64,000 bases of DNA from Blepharisma stoltei ATCC 30299. Taxonomy: Eukaryota; Protista; Ciliophora. The stretch is from assembly GCA_965603825.1 (NCBI GenBank), contig CBFDEM010000043.1:310001-374000 (forward strand), given 5' to 3'. Position 1 is the stretch's first letter. Each line of letters starts with the position of its first letter. Below the pieces are notes generated by a model. It had not been told where the DNA came from, did no database searches, and saw only the letters and a program-made list of their open reading frames with translations. Both the position numbers and the translations under genes were made by a program. Below are positions 10,275 to 22,033 of the stretch, in pieces.

Positions 10275-11702
10275 TTATTCTTTTCCTTCAAGTGACCTGT
10301 TTCGTGCTTCATTAGCCTCGTAATGCCAGTCTAATTTAGAAAAAAGATAAAATAACGGTGCAATTTCTATAATGTAGCAAGCACAAATCCCATAAATAAT
10401 TCCATTTAATTGCAAATCTAGATAAATTCCAAAAACATATTGCAATGGGACGCCAACTAATAAATCAGCACATATTGCCAAGACTAAATTCAACGGTTGC
10501 TTGCCTAGAGCTCGCATTGCTCCACAAATTACTAAATAACAGCTATCAGAAGCATATATAATCGCATATAACGCAAAAGTGTCCCCGATCTTTTGTACGA
10601 TTTCGGCACTTGCGCTATTCCCATCGATTTGTAAAAAGAATGCTCCGAATTCATATCTATTTATAAGCAAAATTGATAATGTGAAACCATTTATCAAAAC
10701 GCTAAGCATTATATTTATTTTCATATACTCTTTCGCTAAGCCAATTTTAAGTTTTGACAAACTATTTCCTATTAAAGTAGCGGCGGCTTCACCGAAGCCT
10801 GTTGAAATAGTTTCTTCTATTAATAGAACTTTTAATAATACAACCCATGCAGCTAAACTAACACCTCCATCAGTAAACCATGCAGCATATAAAGCTGACA
10901 CTTCGAATGCTCCCCATTCTACAAATATATGAGCTGTGCATGAGAACGACAATTTCATTAATTCTGACCATCCTGTAAAGAAATTTGTAAAATCAAATCC
11001 AGACCAATTTTTTGTATGGCATTTCATAATAACTAACGATCCAAAAAATATAATAAGCCGAATTCATGCACAAATAGATCCAGCAATTGCTGCACCTTTC
11101 ATACCGTGTGCAGGAACTAAAATCAGATTGAAGAAAATTTGTAGGGGAGCATCGGTCGTGCTGCATATAAATTCAGGAATTAAGACATATTGGGTAAACA
11201 TAAAATGGCTGACAATTTCATATATACATTTCGCTGGGAGTGCGTAAATAAAGTACTGTAAAAATTCGCCAGCTTCTTCGCTACACTCCAAACCAAGTGA
11301 AGCGAAAATATCGGTACTAAAGTACCATAAGAAGGCTGAAGGAATACAACACATAAATCCCATAAATAACGATTTATGTAAAATAAGAGTTTGGAGCTTG
11401 ATATTTTCTACTCCATGAGCTTGTGAGCAGAGAGTGTCAATAGCTCCAGAAATGCCTATAAAAGTTGCGGTTGCTGTCAGTTCTATCCAAATCGAACTTA
11501 TGCCAAACGCTTCCAATTCTTTTGGACCTAAGTAATTTCCAATGAACCACATCACAATTAGCTCTTGAATCTGAGTAACCAAGATACTGTAAGAGAACAT
11601 GCCAGCTAGCTTTAAAGTTCGCTTTATTCGCCTGAAGGTTGGTTTCTTCTGAGTAGGGTAAAATTCATTCAGGCCTACTTCTAAACTGTCAAAATTTTTC
11701 AT
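10275..11702 (-). CDS. MATE family efflux transporter
   Basis: GISGAIDTLCSQAHG, GMKGAAIA, EWGAFE, IGNSL, GAMRALGKQ; two ORFs joined in frame through TGA 11064. Confidence 0.92.
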
Positions 11703-12093
11703 AGTTGCTATTTATTATTTGTCAGAAATTAGAATTCTATTTTTTAACATAAAAGATTAATGAGTTTAGATGTGGAAATAAAAACTTACACTGGTATAAA
11801 ACAAAATGGAACACAAAAATATTTCAGATTCTATAATAGTTCTATTAAAATATGTTTTAATGTGGTTGCTCTTTTAAAAAATAAAACTGATCAGTGATTT
11901 TTTTTTAAATTAAACTTTACTAAAATTAAGCATTTTATGACTGATATTATTAACTCTTGAGAGATTTATGATAGACGGATTAATTATAAATTATTCTATG
12001 AGACAAGTTTTAAAAAACGTATAGCTAAAAATTATAAATATTTATATTAAATCCCAACTAAAAATAGTCCCTAACACTAATTCTATAAATTAT

Positions 12094-12705
12094 TTATGTT
12101 TCTCTACCTACCCTCTCATAAATATAGACATAGCTTTCATTTGTAATCTTCCTTTCTTCCCTTACAACAAAGTCATTTTTCAACAAAGGGAAAAAATCCA
12201 GCATTGAATAAAGCCTATCTCTATATGATAAAATAAATATCGTCCCAACTCTAGAATTCGCCATCAATGCCTGATATAAAGGCACAAAATCATGATCATA
12301 ATACACTATATCACTTCCTACAATAACATCAAAAATCCCAACAGAATTTTCGCTCCATCCGTATTCTAAAACTTGTGCAGAATTTCTGTTTCTTCTGATG
12401 TTTTCTCTCGCAATTTCTAGAACTTCTCCTTTGTCACTACAAATTACTCTATCTGAAAAAAGACTGCATACAATACTAACTAACCCTACCCCAGCTCCAA
12501 GCTCAAGAATTGATTTTCCTTGAATAAGTTCAGGATTCCTATGCAGAAAAATGCTTAATTCTTCTCCTCCGATCCATAGCTTCGAACCAACTGCAGCGCC
12601 TGGTTTTTCTAATATTTCGAATATGTGATTATCGATTACAATGTTCCTGAATTTCTCGGTTCTATCCATTCTTTCTTTGTGGAGCTGAGATAATAATTCA
12701 TTCAT
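12094..12705 (-). CDS. Family-16 (METTL21-like) protein lysine methyltransferase
   Basis: GSKLW, ILELGAGVGL (SAM motif I), FDVIVGSDIVY. Confidence 0.88.
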   Translation of the reverse strand: MNELLSQLHKERMDRTEKFRNIVIDNHIFEILEKPGAAVGSKLWIGGEELSIFLHRNPELIQGKSILELGAGVGLVSIVCSLFSDRVICSDKGEVLEIARENIRRNRNSAQVLEYGWSENSVGIFDVIVGSDIVYYDHDFVPLYQALMANSRVGTIFILSYRDRLYSMLDFFPLLKNDFVVREERKITNESYVYIYERVGRET

Positions 12706-12770
12706 TTCTATAAGATTTTGTGATTAGATAATAGAAAAATTAATCCATTTTTAAAGACATAATTAACGGA

Positions 12771-13568
12771 ATGAAGTCTGAAAATAAGCTAACTAATGAA
12801 AACCACGGAGTATGCCCCAATGTAATCAAACTCAATATCAAGCCTCCTATACAAAATGTATTAGGCCAATATAATAGATTTTCAAACTCATCTGACAGTG
12901 TATTACCGAAATCTCAACAATCAACTCGATCATTTGTGCTAACTCCAAGGGCTCCAGATGAACCCTATGCAACATCAAGTTCCTTTTATCGAAAAAAATC
13001 AATAGTCACTGTGAATATCCCATCTTTAGTTGCAGAGCCAGACAGCCAAAACTCAACCCGAAGTCACCGTGAAATCCAAACTGAAACCTTCGATGTAAGC
13101 ACTCAAAACAGTGAAAGTTCTCTAAAAACCTATAAAAAGCATCACTCCCTGAGTGGCAGAAAATTTTCTATTGCCCAGCCATCCATAATTAAATTGCAAT
13201 TTCCGAAAAGACTTAAAATAAATGACAGTAAAAAGAAGTTTCGCCCACCATTAAGTCTAAGAAGCATTCAAAAAGAAAATGCTGAAATTCTTATAGAGCA
13301 GAAAAGGTCAAGAAAAATGTTAAGAGATTTCGTTAATGTAACGTTAGAAGAAAAAAGAAAATTATATGAAAAAAATTTGAGGTCAAATAGATCTCTTTCC
13401 ATGAATAACGATGATTTTGGAATGAACTCATCTCAAAGCAAACCGTCAGTTTTTAAGCCAGATGCATTTTTAGGTCCGAACAATGATAAAATATTGAATA
13501 GGATTTTGGGAAAAATCAAAGCACAAATTGTCCCACTTAATCACAAGCATATAAAATCAATTAATTAA
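12771..13568 (+). CDS. Hypothetical Ser/Lys-rich protein
   Basis: 265-aa ATG..TAA ORF, divergent from the methyltransferase gene. Confidence 0.7.
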   Translation: MKSENKLTNENHGVCPNVIKLNIKPPIQNVLGQYNRFSNSSDSVLPKSQQSTRSFVLTPRAPDEPYATSSSFYRKKSIVTVNIPSLVAEPDSQNSTRSHREIQTETFDVSTQNSESSLKTYKKHHSLSGRKFSIAQPSIIKLQFPKRLKINDSKKKFRPPLSLRSIQKENAEILIEQKRSRKMLRDFVNVTLEEKRKLYEKNLRSNRSLSMNNDDFGMNSSQSKPSVFKPDAFLGPNNDKILNRILGKIKAQIVPLNHKHIKSIN

Positions 13569-13632
13569 TGTAACCAATTTTTATAGTAAGTTTTGGAATT
13601 TGGCTAAATTTATAAATTTTGTTGATAATAAT

Positions 13633-13911
13633 ATGGGCAGGGATTTGTTCAAAGGACTTGATCAAAAGCTTGAAAGCATCTGTGGAGAGCCTGACATCAA
13701 AGGAGTGATTTTTTCTCAAAGATCAGGACTGTCTATAGCATCAAAAAATATGGATCCAGCATTAGCAGGATATAGTGCTTCATTGTTTTCCAAATCACAG
13801 CAGCTCTCAAAGAATGGAGAAAAGCCTATTGTTATTATTGAAGGGCAAGATGATACAGTTTTAATCAAAGCTAATGACCAATATTTGCTTACAGTGAGGA
13901 AGAGAGGATAA
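13633..13911 (+). CDS. LAMTOR5: Ragulator subunit LAMTOR5-like (roadblock fold)
   Basis: LDQKLESICGEPDIKGVIFSQRSGL...AGY...PIVIIEG..VLIK aligns by eye with LAMTOR5/HBXIP. Confidence 0.7.
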   Translation: MGRDLFKGLDQKLESICGEPDIKGVIFSQRSGLSIASKNMDPALAGYSASLFSKSQQLSKNGEKPIVIIEGQDDTVLIKANDQYLLTVRKRG

Positions 13912-14078
13912 TAAAGCTAACGATTATCTTTACAAAATACTTTTTCTATAAAGATCCTGGATTTTCTTTTAAGAAATAAATAAATATTTTAGAGAATTCT
14001 GATAATCTTGAAAATCAGCATATAAATGTGCATAAAATTATCAAGAGAAAATGCCTTAAATATGAAAAATTATTTAAT

Positions 14079-15203
14079 TTATATGTCATCTCTTCGTCTT
14101 ACATTATCTTGATATCTTATCTGTACAGTTGATTCTTCACCTCTTTGAAGCTGGATTTTCTCATCACTTACTTTTCTTTGTGGAGATCTAGCGTCAAAGA
14201 AGTAGCCCTCAAAGAGCTCTTCTATTGAATTCTGTCGAATAGCAGGGTCTATGTCGTCTTTTCAATCATTATTGACTCTTGGGTCATAATTATCTTCGCT
14301 TAAGCAAACATAAGGAGCATCTAAACTTTTTTCTAGCAATTTTTTCCATTGGAAATCTCTTAGCCATAGATGGTTTTTTACTTCACTAGGTCCGTTATTC
14401 CCTAGCCTATTTTCAGGCTTTCTTTGCAACAATTTATTAATAAAGTCAGCTGCTTCCATTGACCAGCCTGTTGGGACATCAGATTTCTTTAACTGCACTT
14501 GTCTTGACATCATGCTGTCTTTGATTTCTTTTCGATTTCTCCCAGAGTAAGGTCTTCTCCCGATCATAAATTCATAAGTTAAAACCCCAAGTGCAAAATA
14601 ATCTACAGCAATCCCATGATTTTCTCTGCACATAACTTCAGGAGCCATATACCCAGGAGTCCCTGAGGTATCTCTGAAATTTTCTGGGGTTAATACTTTA
14701 GCAATACCAAAATCAGTTATACGTAAGTAACCTTTGTTATCGAACACTAAATTTTCAGGCTTAATATCTCTATGAATGACGCCGTTTACATGGAGATATT
14801 CCAAGCCGGTCACAATGCACGCCACAAAAAAGCGGGTTTCTTCTTCAGTGAATCTTCGAACTCGACCGAGATGGAAACGTAGGTCTCCCCCAATCATCAA
14901 ATCCATTCCGAGATACAAATTGTCTTTATCTTGGAATGCATATTGCATGTTCACAATAAAAGGGTGCTTTAAGATAGATAAAAGCCTCCTTTCATTCATT
15001 ACTGAGTATACACTTCGTTTACTTACAACCCTAATTTTAAGCATTTCTTTCATAGCTAAAATTTGATGGGTTTTCTTCATTTCAACCTTTCACACTCTTC
15101 CAAAGCCTCCTTTACCTATCACGTAATGAAAGGTAAAATCATTTTTATGGAGTGATGTTGGATGGGCTAGTTTTTCTTCTTTTTGATCTAGCGTATTTCC
15201 CAT
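14079..15203 (-). CDS. AGC-family Ser/Thr kinase (STK32/YANK-like)
   Basis: MG start; GKGGFGRV-W(TGA)-KV, AMKE, HRDIKPEN, DFG, GTPGYMAPE; extends past TGA 14262 to TAA 14079. Confidence 0.92.
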
Positions 15204-15855
15204 ATTATATATTTATATGGAGATTATCACTCGTTTTAAGTTTTTTATTAATTGGTTGTATATATTTTTATCATACTTATTGAACTTATTGAGGAGTGAG
15301 ATATGATTAACGGATAATAAATAATCCAGGCATTAAATGGAAGAATTTTTTACATTCTAATAAAATGGAGACAGAATTCAAAAGGTTAAATCGATTTTTA
15401 GTTAAAAATAAGAAAATTATTTTTAAAAGCGCTCTTCATTTATAGGTTACATGGTTTCTTCAATTTTTAATTAGCTTGATTTTCCTGATGTTTATTCTAA
15501 TTTGAAGGTCTAAAGATAAAGCTTATCCCAATAAGAGCAGAAAGTCAGTTTACTGAAGTTTCTTTCTTTAATAAAAAATAACTGAGCCTTAGATGTGTAA
15601 AAGCTTTGGTAACGACATAATTCATTATATGTCTGCTAATCGAAATTTATTATAAGATAAATTTTAATGAAATTAAGGGCTTGATGAATCTGGAAAATAT
15701 AAAAATAAATACTCTAAATATACTCTTTAGATGAGATTAGTGATTTTATGATCTTTAAAATTTGTTTAAACGACTTAATTTATTTTTGTATTGCAAGGAA
15801 GTTTTACTTTTAATTTAAGTTTTATATAAGCTGGTAAAAAATTAATCAATATTCT

Positions 15856-15906
15856 TACGGCCTTCCTATAGATGGCGCATTGCGCGCCATCTATAGGAAG
15901 GCCGTA
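15856..15906. repeat. Perfect 23-bp inverted repeat with 5-nt spacer, TA-bounded
   Basis: TACGGCCTTCCTATAGATGGCGC-attgc-GCGCCATCTATAGGAAGGCCGTA. Confidence 0.95.
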
Positions 15907-16293
15907 TATAAATTAGTTATCCTAATTATCCTTTAAATTAGAATATTAGACAATTGTATCAATAATACTAAGAAATAAATAAAGATCAACGATCTTAACT
16001 AATATATTAAAAAAATCAGTGCCAATCCTTATCTGTAGAGTGAAAATTATTTAATATAATTAAAAGTATTATCTTGCTAAATCAATAATAAAATTTATAA
16101 AATAAGCCTTTTGATTTGAAAATTATGCATATCTTCACCAAGCCAAGCAAAAATTGCTAATATAAAAGCATCTAGTTTCATTCGAATTATAATTGCAAAT
16201 ACTCATGGCCTTGATCCATGATTTTATCTCATTTAGATTAAGATCTTCAAGTATAGTTCAGTAACTCTAGAGTAATAAGTGAAATTAAAATAA

Positions 16294-16968
16294 ATGCTTA
16301 TAGTTAAACCTAAAGGTTATCGTGAAATACCAACTAAAGGGGTTGTTGAAAATCACTGGCATAACCTTTTGTCAGTCAATTCTCCGACTCTTATTGCAAC
16401 AAGTAGCAAATTTTCTCCGAGTAATAAAATACTAAAACAGTCCCCAAAATCTAGACACCTAAAAATTCGGCCAACTCCCAAGCCTAGCCCTACTCCTTCT
16501 CCTGTAAATAAAACATTTCAAGATTCTCAAACAAATACTGAACTAGAAACCCCGAAAACGTTTAATAGCCTTCTTGCACCTACAAAATCCAAACTTTTAT
16601 TTACTAAAAAAACTAGCCAAAAAAGGAAAATTCCGCTTGAAAAGTTACAAAGAGTAAAGGTGTTTGATTTCAAGCCAGGACAACTTTATGGGAAAATAAG
16701 ATCAAGCACCCCTCAAAATCTGGATTCTTGCTTTCATGATTTTTCAACAGAAAAACTTAGACTTAGAACTAAAAGCACTAAAAATGAGCCAAGAAAATGC
16801 CCAACGTTTTCTATATTTGAAGTGGAATTTCCGAAAGCTCAAAATAAGAAAAAACTCCCTAAGGCGTCTTCTTCACACGAGTGAATGAGGTGCTCTAACG
16901 TAAATGCAAGCTGAGCCAACATAAGAAATTACGATAGAATGGAAAAATATGACGAGTTTTCCTTTTAA
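16294..16968 (+). CDS. Hypothetical basic Ser/Pro/Lys-rich protein
   Basis: ORF extends past TGA 16884 to TAA 16966-16968. Confidence 0.7.
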
Positions 16969-17008
16969 ATCTAAAAATGTAGCTAATTGAATTAATTCTT
17001 ACCAGTTA

Positions 17009-17926
17009 TTACCATGCAGGAACTTCGACATCGTTAAAATAAGGATGCAGTAATGCTTCCTTAGCTGTAATTCGACTGCTTGGATCATAAGTGAGCATTT
17101 TTTCTAGTAAATCAACTCCATCTCTATCTAGTTGTGGCACTAGTGTTGCTAATCTTACTGGCTGCCAGCTTGGAAAAGTCTTCTTATAGTCTCTCAGTTT
17201 CGAGACTCCAGGCCAAATTCTATCATTTGGAGTCCCAAGTGTCCTGAAAATTCTATATAACTGGTCAATCTCAGAATCTCCTGCAAATAATGGAGTTTTG
17301 GTGATTAATTCGACAAATATTGCACCTAAGGACCAAATATCGACAGCTGATGAGTATTCCAAAGTCCCTAATAGGATTTCTGGTGGCCTATACCACAGTG
17401 TTACTACTTCATGAGTATAAGGTCTTAAAGGGATTTGATAAGCCCTTGCAAGGCCAAAATCAGCTAATTTCACATGTCCAGCGTTGTCAATAAGGACGTT
17501 TTGAGGCTTTAAATCTCGATGTAAAATTCTTTTTGAATGCAAATAACTAATTGCTTGCAAAAGCTGATACAGGAAACTTTTGACTATTTTCATATCTACC
17601 TCAGTGTCCTTCGCAATCCTGTCCAAGTATTGTTTAAGGTCTTGCTCTACATATTCAAAGACCAGGTAGAGCTTATCATCATTAGCAATCACATTTTTCA
17701 AATTGACTATATAAGGATTTTGAAGTTCTCGTAGTATACAGATCTCCCTTATAGCAGTGGAAGGAATTCCTTCTGGTTCTGTATCGAACAGGACTTTTTT
17801 TAATGCGATAAACTGGTTGGTTACTTGATCTACGGCTTTATAAACAACTCCATAAGTTCCTGTACCGATTTTTTCTAAGCGATGATAGCGTTCTATATTG
17901 GTTTCTCCAAAGTTCTCTTGAAGCAT
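17009..17926 (-). CDS. PSTAIRE cyclin-dependent kinase (CDK1/2, cdc2 family)
   Basis: [50 protein letters not shown]. Confidence 0.95.
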   Translation of the reverse strand: MLQENFGETNIERYHRLEKIGTGTYGVVYKAVDQVTNQFIALKKVLFDTEPEGIPSTAIREICILRELQNPYIVNLKNVIANDDKLYLVFEYVEQDLKQYLDRIAKDTEVDMKIVKSFLYQLLQAISYLHSKRILHRDLKPQNVLIDNAGHVKLADFGLARAYQIPLRPYTHEVVTLWYRPPEILLGTLEYSSAVDIWSLGAIFVELITKTPLFAGDSEIDQLYRIFRTLGTPNDRIWPGVSKLRDYKKTFPSWQPVRLATLVPQLDRDGVDLLEKMLTYDPSSRITAKEALLHPYFNDVEVPAW

Positions 17927-18124
17927 TTTGAAAGTTCCCGGCAAATAAATTAATGGAAAATTGAACGATTCTTTGAATTTTTCGCACTTTTTAATGCCTT
18001 TTTTACTAGATTTATTTTTGTTATAATTAAAACTTGGATTATTTTACTGAAATTTTAATCTTTGATTAATAGATCATTAGTTTTTGTTTAAAATTTTTAA
18101 AAAATTCATGTCCCAAGATTTAAA

Positions 18125-18982
18125 TTATTCATGTCTTTCTTCTTCAGGTCTGCTATATCCTTGCTGCCGGCTTGATCTTATTTCGTTTATTGCTGTATTT
18201 CCTGCGTCTCTTAGGATATTTACTGCATTTTCTAAGCCTTCATATATTGTGCTTGCTGCAAGTAGGCTAGATCTGCCTAATTCTCTTGCAGATTGATAAG
18301 TTTCAGAGTTTTGAATATTATTTCTGATATCAGAATTTTGAAGATTTGTAACAAAATTCTGCGCTACTAGGCTTGTGGCATCAATTGCTCTATTCGCCAT
18401 AACCTTGGCCATAAATAGTCCAATCTGTGCTTTAGCTTTATATTCTTCTACTTTTTCTGGGGTGATTTTATTTTTTAGATATTCCCCTCCTTGTCTAATC
18501 CCTTCTGTTGCGATTTCAGCTCCTTTGATAATTCCAGCTTTAATTTTTTGTGACACTTGTCTAACATCTTGATTTCTTGGATTGTCCTCTATAATATCGC
18601 TTCATTCTTGATTTAATTCAATATATTGAGGTTGATTAAATTCTGAAGCTTGCTTAATGTTAGCTAATGTTGTATGCTGCTGTAGAAATATTTCAAAAAC
18701 TTCGATCTCAAGCTCATCAGCTTGATCAGGGAATATCAGCTCAATAACTCCATCATTGTTTGGGAAGAAGTATTGATTTTTATGATTTCTGAGGACTGCA
18801 AGCTCATTGAATAGCGAATAAGAGAAATCACCGATTGAAATAAGATAAATATTTTCAGATAATGAATGAATTATTTGCAGTTCTCCTGATGCTAACAAGT
18901 AGCGATTTTCTTCACGAACCTCATAGATTTGAGAATTTTCAATAGAAAGAATCAGTTCTGTTCTTCTTTCAATCGATTCCAT
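18125..18982 (-). CDS. Spartin/senescence-domain-like protein
   Basis: Two ORFs joined through TGA 18602; LILSIENSQIY..G.LQI..YFFP N-terminal part; IKAGIIKGAE..GIRQGGEYLKNKITP and STIYEGLENA resemble the senescence domain. Confidence 0.65.
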
Positions 18983-19313
18983 ATTTATAGAACACAAAAC
19001 TATTAGTAAAGAAATAGTAAATAGGAATGCTAGATTCACATGGATTAATTTCTGATGTAAAATTAATAAAAAATTTTGATTCCAACTTATTTTCCATAAT
19101 TTTTTAGCTCTATTTTGAAAAGATCCAATCAAGAAGCCTAATATTTTTTCATAAAAATGTCTCTTATTAAAGAGCTTTTATAAATCCTAAATTATCTTTC
19201 TAATGATTATTTCGAGACTATAAACTAAAATTGTTTATATAAAAATAAATAAGGTTTATAGATTCTAATAGATAATGCATGCTTTTGTAGATTTCATTAT
19301 TAAGAAAATATAA

Positions 19314-21455
19314 ATGAATTTCGACCCTGTAATCCCACACGATCCAAACAAGAATGATACTGGACTGGCAAATGTTTCAAAAAACGCTCCTAAAAACCCT
19401 GCAATGCAGTTAGGCAATAAAAGCTCTGCCATGATAGCAAGCAGTATTGACCAAAACACTGAAACCAAAAATCCATCTAAACCTTCAGGAATGTTGAAAA
19501 GTTCAATGAATGTAAAAGGTGTGTACAACCCTAAATCAAGCTACAAAACTCCTGTATCTCGATCAAGCATTTCTTCAGAGTCATCTGGAGGAATAAAAGA
19601 AGAACCAATAATATCTCCATTCGTACAAGCTGAAACAAAAATAGCCCCAGAGCAAATCTCTAGCCACAATATAATTAATATTCCAAGGACAGGGCAATCA
19701 TTGGCAACCCAAGCAGAAAATATACCTAAACCAATATTAAATCCTCAAAAGCCTATTCCTAAACAAATGATGAGCTTTCAGCCTAAAATTAATGAGCAAG
19801 AAGAAGAAAAGAAAAAGGTATTCTTTTCAGATCCTCAATTAAGCTCAAAGGCTGAAGAAGTAAAAAAACCAGTCGAAAAAATTCCTTCAGTTCCCAAGAA
19901 CCTTGAAAAAGAACCTTCTCCTCTTCAGATTCCTTCAATGGAACCAATAAAAAATGCAGCGTCAAGGCCCCAAGGAAATCCTATCCAAAAATCAGAACCA
20001 ATGCCAAACATTAAAATTCCTGATTCAAAGCCTGAAAATACTCCTCAAAGAATCCTTGATATGTCTGCAGGTGTAAAAGTTCAGACTTCGAATAAAATAC
20101 CTAAAGAACCTGAGCCTATTCCTCGAGTCAAAACTGAAGCTCGTCCAAAGGTTCCTGCTCCAGAATTAATACCCAGAAAAAATCTGCAATCTCAAGAAGT
20201 CCCTCAAATTGATAAAAATGAATCAGCTGAAAAAGAGATCCTAGATAAGCCGAAATTAGCTGAGCCTTCTAAAGATCCTAAGGGAGCTGAGCCTAGCAAA
20301 AAGCCTTTTGATATTCCAAAGAAAGACCCAAGTGCTCCTTTAAAAAAAGAAGAAGAAGAAAAAAAGCCTATCGAAAATCAGCTTAAACCTTCATCATTGT
20401 CTGGCAAGGGCTTTGCAATACCGGTAAAGAAAAAAACTCAAGCAGTCCAGCCTGAAAACTCTGAAGTTGCTATATCAGTAAAACTCAAAATGGTACCTTT
20501 TAGCGAATATAAGCCAAAATGCCAGCTTGTTCAAAATTTAAATCCCATGATAAACTTAGTCCCAATTATCGATAATACTGAAAAATGCAGCATAGAGCCA
20601 GCTGAAATTACTAATAGTGACATTTCTGATTTAATTGACTTATTTTTACTGCAAATTAGTAGAGCTAACCAAAATACACTGAATTTAGAGCCAAAAGTAT
20701 TAGAAATTATATCAAAATACTCAGAAGATAACCCAAAAATCTCAGAATTTTTTTCCAATAATGAATTTTGTGAGGACTGCAAGCACCTAAAAGAAAAAAT
20801 TTTTCTCGATTGTGGGGTAGAAGTTTGCAGGAAATGCACAAATAAAGAACTCGCTTCGAAAACTAACAGTCTTATGCTATTAACTAGTTATGACAATATA
20901 ACACCTCTATGTGGCTATTGCAATTTCCCATACACTGAGCAAGAACATGAAATAATTATAGGCAAGAATTATAATATTTATAACGAAGTAAAGAAGGATC
21001 GATTTCTTTACCAATCAAGAAAGGATAAGATTTGGCAAGGCAGAAAAAATGCATTTAAATCAGCTAGAACTTCCTTAAACAATTTATTTGCAAATAAATG
21101 CAAAAGCTGCAAAAAAGTAAAAAGACTTTCAGATTTTTATGAAGATTGCTGCAGCTGTTTGTGCAAAGATTGCTATACTATCTTAAAGTTCAAAAAAGAA
21201 ACTGTGTGCCCACATTGTAAAGTTGATTTGAAGGTGAAAGATTTCGAAATGAAATGCCAAGGATGCACTATGTCAGTCAATAAAATTGAAAGCTGCATGA
21301 AAGAGTTGTGCTCTGGGCACTTCCTGTGCAGAAACTGCTTAATAGCATCTAAGAATAACAAAGCGTGTGCTCGTCCAGATTGCCATTCAGCACTGACTGA
21401 AGTGCAAATGCTAGAACTCAAAAGATTTTTAAAGAAGACTAAAGGAAAGGATTAA
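19314..21455 (+). CDS. Pro/Lys/Glu-rich protein with C-terminal Cys-rich (RING-like) modules
   Basis: Low-complexity N-terminus; repeated CxxC, CSGHFLCRNC, CARPDC motifs. Confidence 0.8.
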   Translation: MNFDPVIPHDPNKNDTGLANVSKNAPKNPAMQLGNKSSAMIASSIDQNTETKNPSKPSGMLKSSMNVKGVYNPKSSYKTPVSRSSISSESSGGIKEEPIISPFVQAETKIAPEQISSHNIINIPRTGQSLATQAENIPKPILNPQKPIPKQMMSFQPKINEQEEEKKKVFFSDPQLSSKAEEVKKPVEKIPSVPKNLEKEPSPLQIPSMEPIKNAASRPQGNPIQKSEPMPNIKIPDSKPENTPQRILDMSAGVKVQTSNKIPKEPEPIPRVKTEARPKVPAPELIPRKNLQSQEVPQIDKNESAEKEILDKPKLAEPSKDPKGAEPSKKPFDIPKKDPSAPLKKEEEEKKPIENQLKPSSLSGKGFAIPVKKKTQAVQPENSEVAISVKLKMVPFSEYKPKCQLVQNLNPMINLVPIIDNTEKCSIEPAEITNSDISDLIDLFLLQISRANQNTLNLEPKVLEIISKYSEDNPKISEFFSNNEFCEDCKHLKEKIFLDCGVEVCRKCTNKELASKTNSLMLLTSYDNITPLCGYCNFPYTEQEHEIIIGKNYNIYNEVKKDRFLYQSRKDKIWQGRKNAFKSARTSLNNLFANKCKSCKKVKRLSDFYEDCCSCLCKDCYTILKFKKETVCPHCKVDLKVKDFEMKCQGCTMSVNKIESCMKELCSGHFLCRNCLIASKNNKACARPDCHSALTEVQMLELKRFLKKTKGKD

Positions 21456-21517
21456 TATTTTATAATAGTGAAGTTAGCTAATTTCTTGTATTTTAATCTG
21501 TTAGCATTTCCATTTAA

Positions 21518-22033
21518 ATGGGGATGAGCATTAAGATTATAGGAGGATTCATATGCAGCTTGGTTATTTTATTATACAGCACAGAAATTTATAAGCGAGT
21601 TTCGAATTGAAACAGCTATGCTGAAGTCCAGGAAGACACTGTATGCTATGAAGTATTTTTTATAGAAATTTGGCTGATATTTCAAAATACAATTTGAATT
21701 ATTGTAATTGCGATATCGCTCTCACTATTGATTATTCCTAATAACTTGATGGTGATCTTATTGGCTTTATATGTTTTAGGGCCTTTTTTCCTGTTTGCAA
21801 CTCTTATATGCCTAGCTATCACTATAAAGTTTTTCAGTTGTTGTAATGATGAACAAGATAATTGCATTGATTATTTTCCTTATAAAGAACAATCAGATTT
21901 TCTTATGATAATGCTGGTGTCACTTATGTTTTCAATTGCAGTTTGCTATTCTATGATAGATGCTATGTTTGGACTTTTTATGTTTAGGGATTACAGATCT
22001 AGCATTTCTCACATGATTCCTATGTATATTTAA
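21518..22033 (+). CDS. Small multi-pass membrane protein
   Basis: ATG 21518, two internal TGA, in frame with ORF 21728-22033; about 4 hydrophobic helices. Confidence 0.7.

Noticed and set aside
12069-12076. CCCTAACA, one heterotrich telomere-type unit (also TGTTAGGG near 62952)
   Set aside because: Single 8-mers, one inside a CDS; no tandem array, expected by chance
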